Shown here: one piece after another, positions 61,580 to 64,000 of the stretch
Numbering within the stretch: the first letter of the stretch is position 1
Layout of the letters: each line of letters starts with the position of its first letter
Assembly (NCBI GenBank): GCA_051530055.1
Contig: CM121342.1
Location: 654,797 to 718,796 of the forward strand
DNA from: Neoechinorhynchus agilis
Taxonomy: Eukaryota; Animalia; Acanthocephala
Reading direction: 5' to 3'
DNA length: 64,000 bases
The notes under the pieces: generated by a model
What the model saw: the letters and a program-made list of their open reading frames with translations, nothing else
Databases searched by the model: none
Told to the model about the DNA's origin: nothing
Translations under genes and position numbers: made by a program

Positions 61580-62392
61580 AATAAGAAAAACAAAGGATCA
61601 CCAAAGTTCTCAGATCACTAGGCTTCCCTGAATGGGCCATCAAAATCGGTCTCAAAAAAGCAACACATAGCGGCCGTCGCAATAAGAAGGATACCACAAG
61701 CACCTCCCTCAAATACACCGGCCTTTATCACATAAGTGACACAGCGACCAGAAAACTGAGGCGCCTCAAGTACCTCGCTCCAAATCTTTTGATTTACAAC
61801 AAACGGGGCGCATCCATTGCGGGTATTCTCAAGAGAAAACCCAAACAAGAGACCAAATGAGGGATCTACAAAATTCCATGTGCAGAATGCTCAAGTGTCT
61901 ACATTGGACAAACTATGCAAGGGATCAAGAACCGCAGCATAAACAGATTTGCAGGACATTCGACAAATCCTCAGCAATCTCGAACCAATAGCAAACAACC
62001 CAGCACAAGGTGGATTTTGAAAAAACGGCATTCCTAACCAGCGAACCGGATCTAATAAGAAGACTGATTCTTGAGGCCATTCACATCCGGGGAAGTCCAA
62101 CGATGGAAGGCAACAAATCAAACTTTACTCTGGTGCAACAAAAGTTGCGTAGCATGACGAGCAAATTAGTCGGCAACAAACCGCAAGAGGTGTGTGTGGA
62201 TCGAACCCCCACACTTCGGGTATTAGCAAACCCGCGGATCTGAGCTACATCCAAACGCGACCGACTGTGCATGCTGTTTATATTGTCTCCGCTTTAGATA
62301 GAGACTGAAGAGGCAAGGAAAACCGTGCGAAATATTTCTCAAATAAATGAGTAACGGCAACACCGCTGACAGGATTCGCCAACGTACAATCA
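61580..62392 (+). mobile_element. Penelope-like element 3' part (GIY-YIG plus pLTR)
   Basis: GIYKIPCAECSSVYIGQT...DFEKTAFL...RRLILEAIHI. Confidence 0.85.
62301..62340 (+). ncRNA. Minimal type I hammerhead ribozyme motif
   Basis: Identical to 40497-40536. Confidence 0.65.
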
Positions 62393-62976
62393 AATCCACC
62401 TCGAGGACAATGATATATGACAATAAAAACGTAATGTTTCTCTGATAAAAACAACAACAAAAAACTAAGAGCTAAAGCAGGATTTGGTCCATAATGTTGA
62501 CAAATGCAATGTTTCTAAACAAACGCTGAAAGAATACGTGTAATCAAGCGAGAGTTTTGATTGTTGACGTGTACATTTTTAGGCATTACAAAACATAAAT
62601 ATTATTGGGGATTATTGTTAAGGCGAGCCTCGTAAGGGTTTCATCAACATTTTTTGCATGCTAGTTGCTATACCCGAACTTAACCTTTACGAGGTTCGTA
62701 GAGAACTTCAATAAACTCTTCATTGCGAATGAAGATTTCTAAACAATAATCCTCAATAATATTTATCCCGTTAACTTCTAACATATCGACATTTACACCA
62801 AAAAAATTAAAGATTACATTCTCGTTGGTTAGAGATTTGTTGTTATTTAGGTCGCTTGTCGACGACACCCGAGAAGAGAGATCATTAAAGACGAATTCAC
62901 TAAAGTCGACTGCTTGAAGTGATAATGAATGATTCGATCAGTCGAATTGTACGTTTTGAGGTTATTGCCATTTTAG

Positions 62977-64000
62977 ATGGATTTCCTCGAAACGATGCGC
63001 CAATCCTATATGAAGGACTGTGAAAAAAGGTCATGGACTCAACGGGATAATTCAATTGAAATTGGTGGAAGCGTTTTTCTATTATCAATGGAAACCAATT
63101 TTGTTTCTGCATTTGGATCGCGTTTCACCGTTCGTGACATATTGCATATTTTACGGACATCCGATGAAAACCAAGGAGATTATGAGAAGATTGCTCGTTC
63201 GTCGGATCACTCAGTTATTGCAAATCGTGCAGAACGGAAAATGTTAATCGATTATTTTATCGGACGAATCGATGTTTTACCTTCGAAGCATTTGCTTTCA
63301 AGAAAGAGAAGTCTGCCAGAATTAAAAGTACCAAGGCTAAGAGCTGCGAACGCTCTTGAGTCAGAACAGAAAATCGAATTTGAACGCATTTACAATCCCA
63401 TGACTTATTGGATGCGTAGAGTATTGGAGACTCACATTCCTAAAAATTGTCAACTTGATTTTTCGTCAAATCAATTTAGCCAAGACGGCGAATACGACTG
63501 TCTGATGGCTCAAAATGAAGACTTAAGTGAAGATATTGTCAACATTGCTGAATTTGTGCGGAAACGAACTACTAAACAGGATAATAAACCACTCAAGCCT
63601 TATAGTCGATATAGTCAAGAAAAGGTTGACCCACGAACGGCTGATGATCCAGCGATCAATGAAGCCATTCGTCTAAGTCGCATGCAAGAAAGTCAGGAAT
63701 TCGTTAACCCTCTTCGTTCAGACCCAATTACGTTCAATAACGATATAGCAATCATTAGCTGTCTCATGATGATTACTATGTTTCTAAAGATACTCCGATT
63801 CCAAGGGACCTCACTAAAATTCCAATTATAATCATTCCGGTAGTCAAAAGTTCAATCTTAAGTATGTTCAACGCAAAAGATGTTCTTGGCGATTGTTTTT
63901 TTGTGCCTAATGAAGTAAAGTTGAGACAAGGAACCGCAATAACTGATGACGTTTTGATTACTCGCAAAAATCCTGATCGGCGTGAGGTCAACTATTTGCT
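62977..64000 (+). CDS. CDC73: Parafibromin CDC73, partial (runs off the window)
   Basis: MDFLETMR...METNF...VIANRAERKMLIDYF.G; after a 56-nt GT-AG intron, IPIIIIP...SILSMFNAKDVL.D.FFVP. Confidence 0.85.

Noticed and set aside
63690-63760. Frame change in CDC73
   Set aside because: Explained by an ordinary 56-nt GT-AG intron

Overview
AT-rich, gene-dense eukaryotic (most likely animal) genomic window using the standard code. About 20 recognisable genes: two stand-alone TAF1-type double-bromodomain genes, a divergent CDC27-like TPR gene, a mucin-like gene, XPR1, a FAM187-like Ig gene, a bacterial-type D-lactate dehydrogenase with a presequence, GALT, NUDT14, NAF1, MRPL15, a PITH fragment, thymidylate kinase, PIP5K1, KDM8/JMJD5, LITAF, a CBM21 PP1 subunit, DGAT1, a claudin-like gene and partial CDC73. 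They are interspersed with fragments of Penelope-like elements carrying minimal hammerhead ribozymes and of CRE-like non-LTR retroelements. Short introns (27-70 nt) are ordinary GT-AG. The main discovery is that about ten conserved genes are interrupted by 43-1150 bp segments bounded by locus-specific inverted repeats. In the best cases (PIP5K, GALT, D-LDH) the removal that restores conserved protein spacing has no GT-AG ends and falls symmetrically at the edge of the inverted repeat. This suggests an undescribed class of structure-defined non-canonical introns, or IES-like DNA elements excised at the DNA level. Many housekeeping genes also have a splice-acceptor-like AG 0-3 nt before the ATG, which suggests SL trans-splicing. 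All homology calls come from recalled protein families, not database searches, and the organism is not identified.
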